This document shows positions 13,264 through 28,432 of a DNA stretch of 64,000 bases, one piece after another. The notes below the pieces were generated by a model. That model did not search any database. It was not told where the DNA came from and was given only the letters and a program-made list of their open reading frames with translations. The position numbers and the translations under genes were made by a program. Positions within the stretch are counted from its first letter, which is position 1, and each line of letters begins with the position of its first letter. The DNA comes from Eledone cirrhosa (lineage: Eukaryota): the NCBI GenBank assembly GCA_964016885.1, contig OZ024743.1, positions 27,404,001-27,468,000 on the forward strand, written 5' to 3'.

Positions 13264-13433
13264 ATTATTTCTGAAGACATATGTGTATATTCCCTCTGAT
13301 AGATTGTAAAATGTTTACATAGATCTATATGATATACATACCAACACACACATATATCCTAGAAACGATCGTAAAATGATGAATTTTTTAATATAAGGAA
13401 CTGTTTCTTTGTTTTTATTCATTGTTTTTATTA

Positions 13434-13590
<157 letters not shown>

Positions 13591-13624
13591 AGAGAGAAAT
13601 TGGAAATAGCACGGAAAATATATT

Positions 13625-13812
13625 GTTATTGTTCACTTTCTTTGTTGTTTGTATGGAAATAAAGCATCATTGCACCTCCTCACTACACTAAACATCGAGT
13701 TCGCTCCAAATTCTTAGGCGTCACTCTCTGTAGGGATCTCCCTGGTGAACGTACATCCTAAATCTGACCAAAAGTGCATTCAAAAGCTTGGGTCTTCTCT
13801 TCAGAGCCAGAA
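13625..13812. repeat. Dispersed repeat (second copy at 16580-16795), probably a LINE remnant
   Basis: Shared GTATGGAAATAAAG..CATTGCACCTCCTCACTACAC..CCCTGGTGAACGTACA..CTTCAGAGCCAGAA. Confidence 0.65.
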
Positions 13813-14421
13813 TGATTTTGTTGTCTTGTCGGCGAGGTGCCGCCCCATTACTGCCACGCCCAAAGCTCAAAGCCCAATAACCCTCCCCCTTCCCCCTGCA
13901 CATCCTTCCGTGACACTAGAGTCATTGCCTTCCCCTTCTTTTTCCGTTTTTTTCATATTTTCTTATTAAATAGTTATTGCTTCAATTTATAAGTTATTTA
14001 AAATTTTCAGCATTGTATAACTTTTGTTCAATAAAATCATCCGTCATAACTGTACGAGAAGAAAAGTAACTGTTAACTATTGAATATTAAATGATGAATT
14101 TATTTTTATTTTGGGGTTATGTTGCAAAGAAGAGCGTTCATCAACTGGGATCAAGCAATGTAGTGGAAAGATCCGTCTCGTTGGGTGCCATCTACATCCC
14201 ACACAACTAATTTTATGTTGGCAAGAAGTTTGTTTCCAACGTCACCTGGTGGCACCGAGCAATTCTTGTGTCGCAGTGGAAAGGGTTGAAACCCTTACAG
14301 TGTTGTTTCACCGCCGGATGTGACATTGACGGGGTACATCAGTATTTTCAGCATGCAAGTGTTTACTTCAAATGTATTAAAGTTATTCGTTATAGACTAC
14401 TTAATTTCGGTATATAAATAA

Positions 14422-14605
14422 CTGTTTCTACTTTTGGTACAAGGCCAGCAATTACCAAGTGCATTACTGGTACTTTATTTTATCGACCCCCATATGGATG
14501 AAAGGCAAAGTTGACCTCGACGTGATTTGAACTCAGACCGTAAACGGACATAACTGTGCTGAAAATGATGGCGTCCGACCCTCTACCGACACTGCCAATT
14601 CACTG
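14422..14605 (-). mobile_element. SINE family A
   Basis: Reverse complement of consensus; flanking ATATAAATAA duplication. Confidence 0.85.
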
Positions 14606-15523
14606 TGCATATAAATAATGGATATTGCACACGAACTGACACAATATACACAGCAATAATGTATATTGTCTCCCTTTTTATGAAAAATGAATAGTAATTA
14701 TATTTGTAAATAATGATTATACATTTTATGCGGTATTTGTATATATACTTGCTATTTAACATTGAAAACAATTAAAAACAATATATATAATTTATTTGTA
14801 AATCAGCATTAAAATAAAATGAACACTCTTTAATGTTTGAAAAGTAAAACATAACAACCACACTTTTATTTCATCTCTCTTGAGAAATAAAAAGAAAATA
14901 TACGTGAATGCACAGACTTACTAATTCTAAATATCTATTGTTCTGCCCTCCTTCTTTGATAGAATCATGAATTTTTAAGGGCTAAAATCTGTAACACAAT
15001 AGAAATTATTTCAAATTAACAATATATATACGGAAAAATTTAATCATATTTTAACAAATACCAAAATGAACGTTGTTGTATTTGCACTTATAATGAATTT
15101 TCTTTCCTTTATATTGTGGAGACATTCGTAATAAGAATATCAAACAATGAATCAAATTTAAGTACTGCTGACATGATATTTATTTACTATAAACAAATAT
15201 GCAATTCAGAATAATACTCCAAAAAGACTTCAAGTGTCTGTGTTATCCAATTTTTATAGCAAAATAAAACAAAGAGAACAACCAGTAAAAGATGGTGATG
15301 ACTTCGACTGTCAACACCATCTTTTACTGGTTGTTCACTGGTTGTTTACAAGAACACATAACGCGCTATAGCTACTCTCACTACCATAGCTGTAATTATA
15401 GTCACCAAAGAGAGAAAGCAATACACAAAAATGTGAACTCTTCTATATATATATGTATGTAAACCATATTCTTATTAATATACAACTTAAATCCAGTATA
15501 AATGTGTTGTTATTATACACTTC

Positions 15524-15980
15524 CGTAGTATGAAGATGCCCATGTGGCTGAAACCGGTACGACAAATTTATTTTTTGGGTCAGTTTTCCTTTCTTTGATT
15601 CGTCAAAGTGACATTATTGAAAAAATAAGGAGGACAATTCTTAAAAAAAAGAGTTTTATAATGTATATAAAGTATATAAAGTATAACCGGTTAAGATGTA
15701 TTAGTAAAATCCATCATATCAAATGTTGAGTATTACAATTAAAAAGAATTAATATGATTTAAAAACTAAAAATTAAAGATTTAAAATTAAGTGTTGAGGT
15801 AAGTTTTTTTCATCTTCTTTTTAATTGTAATGCTCATCATTTGATAAGATGAATTTTACTAACACATCGAAACTGGCAATACTTTATATACTTTATATAC
15901 ATTATAAACCCTTTTTTAAAAAGAATTGTCCCTCTTCTTTTTTCAATAATGACACTTTGACGAATCAAAGAAAGGGAAAA
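15524..15980 (+). repeat. PLE 3'-end remnant with degenerate HHR, followed by a ~165-bp inverted repeat
   Basis: ATGAAGAT-GCC-CATGT-GGC-T-GAAACCGGTA at ~15530-15559; arms ~15584-15748 and ~15815-15980. Confidence 0.65.
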
Positions 15981-16020
15981 AAAAAGAAAAACAGCTCCTT
16001 AAATATATTTTCCGTGTTAT

Positions 16021-16104
<84 letters not shown>

Positions 16105-16239
16105 TACATGCTAAGAGTTTATATACGCTGGGCAAAATATGCGGTGTAATTGTATCGGTCCGCATATTATATCTCTCCTTTTCTCTCTCATATATGTTTG
16201 TAAAGACAAAAATGCACACACACACTAAACAGAGACTAT

Positions 16240-16420
16240 ATTGGCAGTATCGATAGAGGGTCGGACGCCATGCTTTGACGCATAAAGTTACGGCCCTTGC
16301 CATTCTGAGTTCAAATCCCGCCGAGATTAACTTTGTCTTTCATCCTTACAGGGTCGATAAAATAATGTACCAGTAATGTACTGAAAAATTGCTGGACTTG
16401 TGCCAAAAGTAGAAACAATT
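16240..16420 (+). mobile_element. SINE family A
   Basis: Consensus match with (ATT)n tail. Confidence 0.85.
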
Positions 16421-16899
16421 ATTATTATTGTAATATTGATTACGATTTATCATCAAAATGTTATCGAATTTACCCAGTTTTCTGCTTGTAACCAAACTCC
16501 TGAGAACGTTCCCACTACACGACCCCAGTACATTCGAAAGACTGAAACCAAATCAATGGAAAACGTGATGTATTTTCATAGTTATTGTTCGTTTTCTTTG
16601 TTATGTGTATGGAAATAAAGTATCATTGCACCTCCTCACTACACTTAAACATGAACTGCTCATAATTAGAAGTGCCCTCGAGTTCGCTCCAAATGCTTCG
16701 ACGTCACTCTCCGTCGGGGTCTCCCTGGTGAACGTACACTCTAAACCTGACCAAAGATGCATTCAAAAGACTGAATCTTATCTTCAGAGCCAGAAAATAC
16801 TTCAGAAAATACTTCAGTCTCCAAGACATCCTGACCCCCAACAACGTTCAGGTAAAATCTATAATAGTGTAGCGCTTCAACATCTGTAATGGTGCTAAT

Positions 16900-17150
16900 A
16901 CCTTACATCGTAGTCCATAGCCAGAAAATATCACTCGTCTGATTGGCATAGCCACTGACTGATATATGCTGACTTATATTTCTACCACTATTGCCATGGC
17001 ATCTGCTCTTTGGAGCTCGCTGACCTTATATCACCTTCATTCAGGCATTCTCACCACAATCGTTTCTCCTCCTCACAATACACATATTGTGTCCAACTTC
17101 CCAGACCCTGCAATAACCTTTACACATAGGCCTTCCTGCAGACCTATCGA
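16900..17150 (+). mobile_element. Decayed CR1/Jockey-group LINE ORF2 3' fragment
   Basis: One frame reads LYFYHYCHGICSLELADL, resembling the FYxYxxGxCSxEL motif near the C-terminus of such ORF2 proteins. Confidence 0.45.
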
Positions 17151-18497
17151 ATAATAACATTATATGAATACAGAAACAAATATAGAATTGAATTTAATAC
17201 AAAAAATCAAAACGATATGATAAATAGCAATAATATATAATTTTTATATATGTTAGTTTCCTAATTTTGAGTTCAGGCCGGGCACACTGACAACTTCCAT
17301 TTATATAGAGTGATTAGCAATTTGTCTTTCTTTATTACAAAGAAATATCACCTGCAAATTAATGAATTAAACAAATTCCGAAGTTGGGAAAATTTCTTCC
17401 TGGTAGCTCACTGGAATTCTTCTTGGATTTCTTGGTGGACGGTTATCCATTTCTGTAAATTACTTCCAGATATTCCGATATCATTTGTTCCACATCCACA
17501 ACATATCAAAACATAATTAATATTAATAGTTGAATATTAGAAACTGGTTTAAAACTGTGTCCATCTTCAAATCTGAATTCTGAGATTTCCAGCATATATT
17601 CACAAATTCCGCAATTGGGTCTTCTACATTTTATTACTTTGGGATTGGATCTTTATTCGTAAATTTTAACATTTGTAATTTTTTAAAACTATTTGGTTAT
17701 CTTAATAATTTGTTGATTCTTCAAATTGTTTTCTTTTTTTTCGATCATTATAGAGAATGGGTAACTTTTTATGTATATGATTATGAAATCCTCGAGATGT
17801 ATGTTGATACAGATATAGAACGAGTTTCCTACAGTTCCACCCTCTAGAAATCTTATTAATAAATCATCGTTCACTCCAAAACTGTGGTAGAAGGTGATTA
17901 CTCATAGTGGCGAAGAGCGGCATCAAACGCATCTCGAAGCTGTTGTAAAACTATCTTCTTATAATGAACACTTCTATACCTTTACCTATTCTAAACCTCA
18001 CACTCTTGTCTGTGCCAGATCAAGTCACTTCGCAATACTAAGTATCTTTCTTTTTATATATTTCCGATTTTATAAGATTTCCAATATCATATTCTCCCCA
18101 CCTCTCTCATTCTATCGCATATTCTGTATTTATTTATCTTTCCCTTTGTCTTCCTCTCTTTCACACCAATACTACTTTAATGTAGTGAATATCTTCAATC
18201 TGAACTAGGATCTTGGTTGTGTACTTGCCTTCGTCCACTCTAACACATATTACTTGTAATTATAGATAACTTCTAATATGCTTTTATACTATGTGATGAT
18301 TATCTGAGTATTTTCGTAATATTTGAATCTTATCTTGCGAAAATATACTCGTATGTTAATTCAGTCATAAATTCCTAATTACTGAAGCTACAATAATTTT
18401 CAAACATTTCTTTGTCAATTTTGTTAGACAGAGATTCAAATTTGTTATTCAGAATCTTGTTAAATGAATATGATTTATTCTAATGTATCTCATCGTT

Positions 18498-18810
18498 AAT
18501 CCCGCCGAGGTTGACTTTGCCTTTCATCCTTACGGGGTCGATAAAATAAAGTACCAGTAATGCACTGGGTATTTGCTGGCCTTGTGCCTAAAGTAGAAAC
18601 AATTATTTACTTCAAGGTATTTACTAGGGCGGTGAATTGGCAGTATCGGTAGAGAGTTGGACGCCATGCTTTCTAGCATAGTTACGTCCCTTTACAGTCT
18701 GAGTTCATATCCCGCCGAGGTTAACTTTGCCTTTCATCCTTACGGGGTCGATAAAATTAAGTACCAGTAATGTACTGGGTAATTGCTGGCCTTGTGCCTA
18801 AAGTTGAAAC
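18498..18810 (+). mobile_element. Two tandem SINE family A copies (18498-18600 truncated; 18627-18810 full length)
   Basis: Consensus matches; AATTATTTACTTCAAGGTAT follows each copy. Confidence 0.85.
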
Positions 18811-18856
18811 AATTATTTACTTCAAGGTATATATATATATATATATTTATATATAT

Positions 18857-18970
<114 letters not shown>

Positions 18971-20764
18971 GGGAATGTGCATGTGTATGTGCGTTTATGT
19001 GTGTGTTCACATATAAGTAAAGCAAATCCACAATAGATCCACAGATTTCTAGAGAACTATAAATGTAAGTGATGAGGACATTTATATTTATATACACACC
19101 ATATATACATACATGCATACATATATACATACATTCACACATACATGCGTACGTACATACAAATATACATACATACACATACACATACATATATACATAA
19201 ATATATACATACCCACACATACCTTTATACGTGTACATGTGTATGTGATATGCATGTATATATATATAATACAAATATATATATATAAACTTGTATATTG
19301 ATTATACATATTTACACATTTATATATAATTATTTCTTCATTGCAACAAACTAATGTACCCTCCACATCTAACTGACACATAAACCCCAGATTATTATTC
19401 AATACAAACAAAGTATCACAGATAATGATATTCAGGCGACACATTGGTGGAAAAATAATCCTGCACAGCTTCAATTTTTAAATTGAATTTACTCTCTCAA
19501 CGAATCTCTTCACGTATCTAGGTCTTTCTTGAAAACCTAACAGAAACCATTATATACCATCTTAGATGTCTCTTAGATTTTAATACAGGTGGCCTCTTTT
19601 GGTTCTTATATTAATGTTTCACGTAAATTATTCGGTGGTCGAATCTTCACTAGATGATTTACTCATTTACCCGTACTTCTGACCGAAAGACCAATACTCC
19701 TGATTCATTTTACTTAAAGCAATTCGAGCATTTAATCAGTAATATTTCCATCAAATCAAAACAGGCCGCATAACGTTCTTGCGCATAACCCATTTTACCT
19801 CGAATCATTTACTAATTGAAGTGAGCTAAAATATCAGTGCTTTTTCAATGAGAATGTTGACTACACGAAGAGGCAAATGTGTTTTAATCTTGCCTCAAAC
19901 AACCACGCTAAGCGATACTATCCTTCTAGGTATTAGCAACTATATTCTACCAAGCATCTTACACCCTAATTCTAAACTCCTAAGTGGTGAACATACAACT
20001 AAGGATAAATAACTCAATACAAGAAAGACGCCATCCTCTCATTATCGGCTACAAATCGAACATCAAACACATAAGAGAACTTATCTGCGCCACACGTTCC
20101 GTAGGTTATCTCTTTTAGATAATTAAGCCAGTCCGTTTAGCTTTGAACCTTAATGGACCTTTGACCTTTCAATTTCCAACCAAGAGTTGCTGTAAACAGT
20201 CTTCCTGCCCATAAACTCACCATATTTGATACCAATTTTGATTCGAACTCCAAACTGCACGCATCAAAATTAACCTTAATCACTATCCTTTCCTCCAGAC
20301 GATGTAAACTATTCAATACAAGACAACTAGTTTTATTTCTGTGAAAGAGCACACGCTATAGTTATCTCCTATCTTTATGTAACTACTCAGTATTTCTCTC
20401 TATACAGTCATCTATCCTAATTTGTAATCACAATCTCCAGAACAGTAACTATATTGAACCAGCCAAATTCCTAGATATCGTTTTAACTTCTCACACTTCA
20501 GGAATGATGAAAATTATCGTAAACAAACACCTATTTCCTCATCATCATCATTATTACCTTACAATTAAGCTTTTAGTAAATGGTGCGCAACGGACTCAAA
20601 CGATGTTTTACGAACAAGAGTCCAAACCAGTTGAGACACATCAGCTCTTGTTTCAGGACAAAGAACTTTGCTAGAAACGTTATTCATATATATAACTACA
20701 ATGATAAGCCTATTTCAATCATCATACTTATATATATCAAACTCAGTTTGTCTAGTTCGATACA

Positions 20765-20835
<71 letters not shown>

Positions 20836-20878
20836 TAAAGGTATAGAGAGTATTGTAGCAAGAAGCCAACAGTATTCC

Positions 20879-20920
<42 letters not shown>

Positions 20921-20967
20921 GAGGTTATATTTAATTTGTTGGGATTCAACAAGTTTTAAACATTTTT

Positions 20968-21084
<117 letters not shown>

Positions 21085-21423
21085 ATGAAGGTGTATGTAT
21101 GTGTGTGTACTTTTCGTATATTTACATAATTTCTGTCAGTTTGAATGAACAGAAGTTGATATGTTTATATTACACTTGAAGTATTTATGTGACACTTGAA
21201 CTTAAATTTGCTATAAAATTACTATTGATTTGTTCACGCATTGCTTCTTCCTATCTCTGTTCAAAGTATTACATTTATTTCTAACGTTCAAACCATTCAT
21301 TTACTCATATCACAACGTGAAAATAAGTAGTATATTTTTTCACGTATTTGTATTGTGTGGCACATCCGTATAAGAGCCATAATTTAGATTATACAAACAC
21401 AAGGCTATCATGCATGCAATAGT

Positions 21424-22296
<873 letters not shown>

Positions 22297-22985
22297 TTAC
22301 CGAAAATCGCATTTCGGCTCTTGGAAATTAGTGAAAAACAACTTCCGAATTGTGTGGCAAGCGCTCAATAGAAACGAGTGAACTAGAGCAATAAACTTAC
22401 GTTAAAAAGATCAAACACACTGAGACGATGGTTAAACGATTAACCGCAAAGCCATAGAAGCGATCAAGCTATATTTGATACACCATTTTCTCTCCCAATT
22501 AGCATAATCAACCACACTAAAAATCAATTAAACCAGGCTGTAAAATTAAAAGGCACCTATGAAGAAATAGTAGATAAATAAACGACAGCAATTTATTCGC
22601 CATAAACCGCTATAGAATATTTACCCAACATTTCAATAGCACGTGGAAATTGATTAAATATACCGTCAACCATACACAACTAGGTATAAAATTAAAGTTA
22701 GAAGAAACAATGCATATACACATACCAGAATTACGTTTCTACCCTTAGGGTTTCGTTCGCTTTCGGAAATATCCCATCAAGGATAAAATCTCGAGCTTCG
22801 AACTCATCAGGAAACAAACTCATTTGGACAAAAAATTTTCTTAAGTGAGAAACGAATTCAAAATGGCTAATAACTGTGACGTGGCAGTGGTCAAGTCAGA
22901 AAGAATGTGATTGGTGGGTTACGGCGAGTGGGCTGGTTGCTAGAAAGCGCAGACCAATATTGCCCAAATTACATCTCAACCTTAT

Positions 22986-23101
<116 letters not shown>

Positions 23102-23334
23102 AGCCGAGCAAGTAATTATCAAACAATCTTTCAAATAAATTAAAAAACGATATATAATACGAAACTGTTGCTCACAACATCAATTTATATGTATCTATAT
23201 TATTGTTCAGTTGAATAGGAGGTGAATTATATGTGCAAACATTGATAATGCTCTGATGCTTCCAAACGAGAGTTTGGAAGAAACGATTGTCAGCTATTAA
23301 ATGATTTGAACACAACTTCGATAATTGTATAATT

Positions 23335-23388
<54 letters not shown>

Positions 23389-23696
23389 GAATTCGATGTT
23401 GGAAACCAAGACTTTGCAGGTTTGGACGAAGAAAAAACTTTAAAATGCGTAAGAAACAGATTTTTCTTACCTAAATTTATTCATATGTCCTGATATCTCG
23501 AGATTAATACCTCTTCTTCCGAGGAAAATAAAGAAACTGTTCCAGTAAACTCTTCCATATGAATAAATTAAGATGAAAAAAAAAAAAACCTTGTTTCTTA
23601 CGTTTCTTAAAAATGTTTCTCTGTCAAAACCTGCATTGTCGTGGCTTTCCAACTTCGAATTCTTCATACCAACTACAAACTCCTTATATATGTGTT

Positions 23697-23791
<95 letters not shown>

Positions 23792-24289
23792 ATACTTATT
23801 GTTTGACATTTTCTCTCATCATTATTGCTTTCTGGTGTAGATGTTTTCATTATATATTTTACATTTTATTGTCGTTTTCTTATAGTATAACATATTTTTT
23901 ATTTCTTATAAAATGTGTTATTCCCCTTAATGATATATATCTTTGAAGGCCATTTGGGAGGTCTATATAACTACCATTCTGCTGTGGCCATAGTTATTTG
24001 TAAAATATATCGGAGGAAGTGATGATGCTTCGAATCTTATGGTCTATTGTACCAAACTCACAGTTACGCAACCCTGCGCAGTCCTCACTGAGCAACCAAA
24101 ATCACGGAAACAGTTGTAGAAATACGTTGAATTCTAGCATTCCAACGAAATATTTCAATTGTCTTCAGTATTTCTTCTTGTAAATATACGTATATGTAGG
24201 ATTCGATCGACTTTCGTCAAATCAGACCGAGGAAACAATGTTTCCATTGTTCTTTCCAATTGCTAATACTATCTATCGGTCACAACTCC

Positions 24290-24408
24290 AGGTAGAAGAA
24301 GCAACATGAAATAAAGTGTCTTGCTCAAGGACATAACACAGTCTGGGAATCGAACTCACAACCCCACGCAAATCCAATTCTCTAACCACTCAGCCACGCG
24401 CCTTCACA
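24290..24408 (-). mobile_element. SINE family B 5' portion
   Basis: Minus strand GGCGCGTGGCTGAGTGGTTAGAG (A box)...GAGTTCGATTCCC (B box)...TGTCCTTGAGCAAGACACTTTATTTCA. Confidence 0.7.
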
Positions 24409-24753
24409 TTCGTATATATATATATGTGTATAGATATTTCTTCCTAATTTGGCAGCAATAAATTTTCGATAATTGTGGTTGGAAAATTTCTTTGATTGTC
24501 GAAACCAAAAAATTCAGGTGAAGTATCTCAACTTTTTCCTTGCTAAATCGTTGGGATTCTCATGATTTATTTTTATCGCTATACGCCTGATCGTTTCCAC
24601 AAGGGTACAGCTATCGTATGAACGAACCGATGTGATATGCTCCAAGGCTAATTTCCACCCGTGATCTTAGCTGTTCCATAGGTTGTTAAATCGACACGTT
24701 GGAATCCTTGTCAACAAATCAATTTAAATTCTCGACTATATACATACATATGT

Positions 24754-24786
<33 letters not shown>

Positions 24787-24830
24787 CACACACACACACA
24801 CACTCACACACGAACACACATACACACACG

Positions 24831-25218
<388 letters not shown>

Positions 25219-25251
25219 GTTTATATATATATATGTATATATATATATATG

Positions 25252-25282
<31 letters not shown>

Positions 25283-25304
25283 GTATGTATATATATATAT
25301 ATAT

Positions 25305-25358
<54 letters not shown>

Positions 25359-26007
25359 TAATAAAGTACAATGCCGGAGGTGATAAGACATGTTATTATT
25401 TCTGACAATTGCACTTTATTATTCTCTACACTACCAAAAAGATTTATATACAGTTATACATATAAATATACACAAACACAGAATCATACACACACGCGCG
25501 CACACACACGCGCGCACACACACACACGCACACACAAACACGCACACACAAACACGCACACATACACAAATACTCATACTCACATACATAACGTACATTA
25601 ACCATCGATCAATAAGGATATTATACTGCACACATTCTTTTAATGCTGAGATAATGATAGCGAATAAACTTTAATTCAAATAATTCTCGAATTTATCCGC
25701 GACGCGTCCATATTTACACTTCTGCATATATGAAATACTTGACACCAAACCCGACCCTTCCAGGGTTTCTGAGTATCTAAAATAAATGTAATTGCATGGA
25801 TTAACTATATCTTTGAGAAATACTTCACCTGCCAATGTTGAATATTACGACGATTCGAGTTGAATGTATGTATGTATGTATGTATGTGTGTGTGTGTGTA
25901 TGTATGTATGTACGTATATATGTACGTATTTTACGCATCTCTCTCCCCCCTCTCTCTCTATATATATAAATATATATACACATATATACATATACATGCA
26001 TACATGC

Positions 26008-26051
<44 letters not shown>

Positions 26052-26482
26052 CAATGAGTTTTTATGATTTGTTGATAAGTATTCAACAGAGTTATGTTTA
26101 TAACAGATATGAAGCACTCGACAATTAAACTTTATCTGGAGTATTACAATAATCATAATAGTAATAAATATACCATCATATTTATTTCATTATATACATT
26201 TCTAGGATACTAATTTATAGCATGCTTTCATTAGATAAAATACAATAATTGATGTATAAGATAGTGCCCCCCCCCCCCCCCCCCCAACAAAAAAAAATAA
26301 TATCCTAAAAAAGAATTTTCGAGATTTTAAATCAGATGCCTATTTTAAGTTGACCATATGAGGTCTACTTTTTTTTTTGTAGGTCTATCACTATCTTATA
26401 CATCAAATTTTATCTGATGAAAGCATAATTAGTAGTTCTATATTTTTGAGACGAGGAATTATTTACATTATATATATTGGAC

Positions 26483-26663
26483 AGTGGATTGGCAGTATTG
26501 GTAGAGGGTCGGACGCCATGCTTTCCAGCATAGTTACGTCCCTTTACGATCTGAGTTCAAATCCCGTCGAGGTTGACTTTGCCTTTCATCCTTACGGGGT
26601 CGATAAAATAGAGTACCAGTAATACACTGGTTAATTGCTGGCCTTGTACCTAAAGTAGAAACA
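26483..26663 (+). mobile_element. SINE family A
   Basis: Consensus match; 16-bp TSD ATTATATATATTGGAC at 26467-26482 and 26664-26679. Confidence 0.9.
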
Positions 26664-27079
26664 ATTATATATATTGGACGGATACAAGGTAGCCAGTTCG
26701 TCAACAGGTTTTCTGTTCTCAGCCGCCTACCGGGTTCCGGTGAAGTAGCAGTGAAGTGACTACCCCACGTGGTTACCCTGCGAGGGAGGTAACCCCGGTT
26801 TTTGGCGGGTGCATTCAAAATGGGTAAAGGAATTGTGAAAAATTGCAAAAAAATGCACAAATCGAAGTAAGCTCTCGACCGGGTTGTTTTTAAATAAACT
26901 TAAGCAATTAATCAGTCAATAGAATTGTCTAATTGAATTAACTAATTAACTGCTAGGCCTGGGAGATTAATACAAATATAATTTCAGCGAGATCGTATTT
27001 CGGCGGTGGCCAAAACAAAACGAAACGCAATCTTCGAGATATGCCGGCAAGCGCTCAATGGACTAAGAAGAAACCATAG

Positions 27080-27119
<40 letters not shown>

Positions 27120-27183
27120 GCACACACGCACCCCACCCCCACACATATATATATACATTGAGTGAATGTGAAAGACGACAGGA

Positions 27184-27389
27184 CATTATTGAAAGTCTCT
27201 GGATTTCGCTAAATACATAATATATTTTATTGGAGAATGTTAGATATTTTTCCACAAAAATTTGATTGCACTGTTTTGTTTCCACTGAACATATTATTTA
27301 TTCATTATAAAAGTTAAATGATAGCATTCTATATGTAGGTGGACCCCCTTCATCTGGCAACCAATATTTTTAGACCTAGTTGGCCACTG
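27184..27389 (-). repeat. ~200-bp direct repeat (second copy 28085-28281), possible DNA-transposon end
   Basis: Both copies end CCACTG followed by (TA)n, i.e. TA-CAGTGG on the minus strand. Confidence 0.55.
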
Positions 27390-27646
27390 TATATATATAT
27401 ATATAATGCCAATCATTGTAAGTTTGAGTCTAACTGACATGCAAAACATATATATAGGAATAAGGTAATCCCAAATCATAGTAGATTCAAATATCACTGA
27501 GAGTAAGCGAGGGAGACAGAGAAAGAGAGAGAGAGAGGAGGGTCAGAAATGAGGTGCAACACATATGAAAGATGGATTACAGGTTAAAATATAGTCTAGA
27601 TGTGAAGCAAAACGAGGATGTAGTTTATCGAACACCCAAATGAATT

Positions 27647-28081
27647 AGAAGTCGACCTTAAGTAGGATCAATAACATTAAGAAAGATATGAACGACACCA
27701 CAACACTTTGTTTTGAAAACTTTGAAAGTAGGTTTTTAAGTATAAATTTTCATAAGATTTTCGTAGTTGTCTCTGTGGCCTAGCGGTAGGTAGTAGAGCC
27801 GGTGCAGATCCTGACCTTGTCAAGTAACCGTTTTCAGTTTTTATTTTACAATCAATAGAAAAAAAATGAAAAGGTGTATCGGGAACCCTACTCCCGACCA
27901 GGATCGAACTTCAGACCAAGATAACTACCGTCTATGATTCTTCCAACTAGGCCGCCCAGACAGCTTCAAAATAATAAAGAAAATTGATAATTATAAACCT
28001 ATTTTCAAAACCAAAGTTAAAAAGATGTGGTGTCGTTCATGGCTTTCCTAGAACTGTTAGTAATATTTAGGGTAGACTTCT
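27647..28081. repeat. Degenerate inverted repeat whose arms lead into convergent tRNA-like (Pol III A/B box) heads
   Basis: Arms ~27647-27785 and ~27945-28081 (ATGAACGACACCACA shared). TGGCCTAGCGG on plus; GGCCTAGTTGG...AGTTCGATCC on minus. Confidence 0.55.
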
Positions 28082-28288
28082 TGTCATTATTGAAAGTCTT
28101 TGGATTTCGCAAAATACATAATACATTTCCGCAAAAATTCGATTGCATTGTTTTGTTTCTACTTATGTATTTTTCGAAAATGTTATTTATTCATTATAAA
28201 AATTAAATGCGAGCATTCTATATGTAGGTGGGCCCCCTTCATCCCCTGGCAACCAATATTTCTAGACCGAGTCCGCCACTGTATATAC

Positions 28289-28321
<33 letters not shown>

Positions 28322-28396
28322 TAAAGAAAAAGAGATGAAATCGAAAATGCAACTGGAGTCTTATTTATTTTAAAAATATATACATTTATTTGGTTC

Positions 28397-28432
28397 CTTT
28401 ACCGGTTTCGCAGTTCTTCTGCTTTTCAAAAG
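28397..28432 (-). ncRNA. Minimal type I hammerhead ribozyme, U3-A8 core variant (other copies: 25043-25078 -, 32686-32721 +, 44801-44836 +)
   Basis: CTT-TTGAAAA-GCAG-AAGAA-CTGC-GAAAC-CG-GTA-AAG: 3-bp stem I, 4-bp stem II, palindromic ACCGGT stem III. Confidence 0.6.

Noticed and set aside
12884-13273. CRISPR-like repeat-spacer pattern or genuine tRNA genes
   Set aside because: Eukaryotic SINE copies with TSDs; the heads lack a full cloverleaf.
17400-17945. Short putative minus-strand exons (KWITVHQEIQEEF; LRDAFDAALRHYE)
   Set aside because: Plausible splice dinucleotides but no recognisable protein and no supporting exon chain.
19480-20500. Possible ancient LINE RT remnant
   Set aside because: Motif-like fragments are too degenerate and their spacing is inconsistent.
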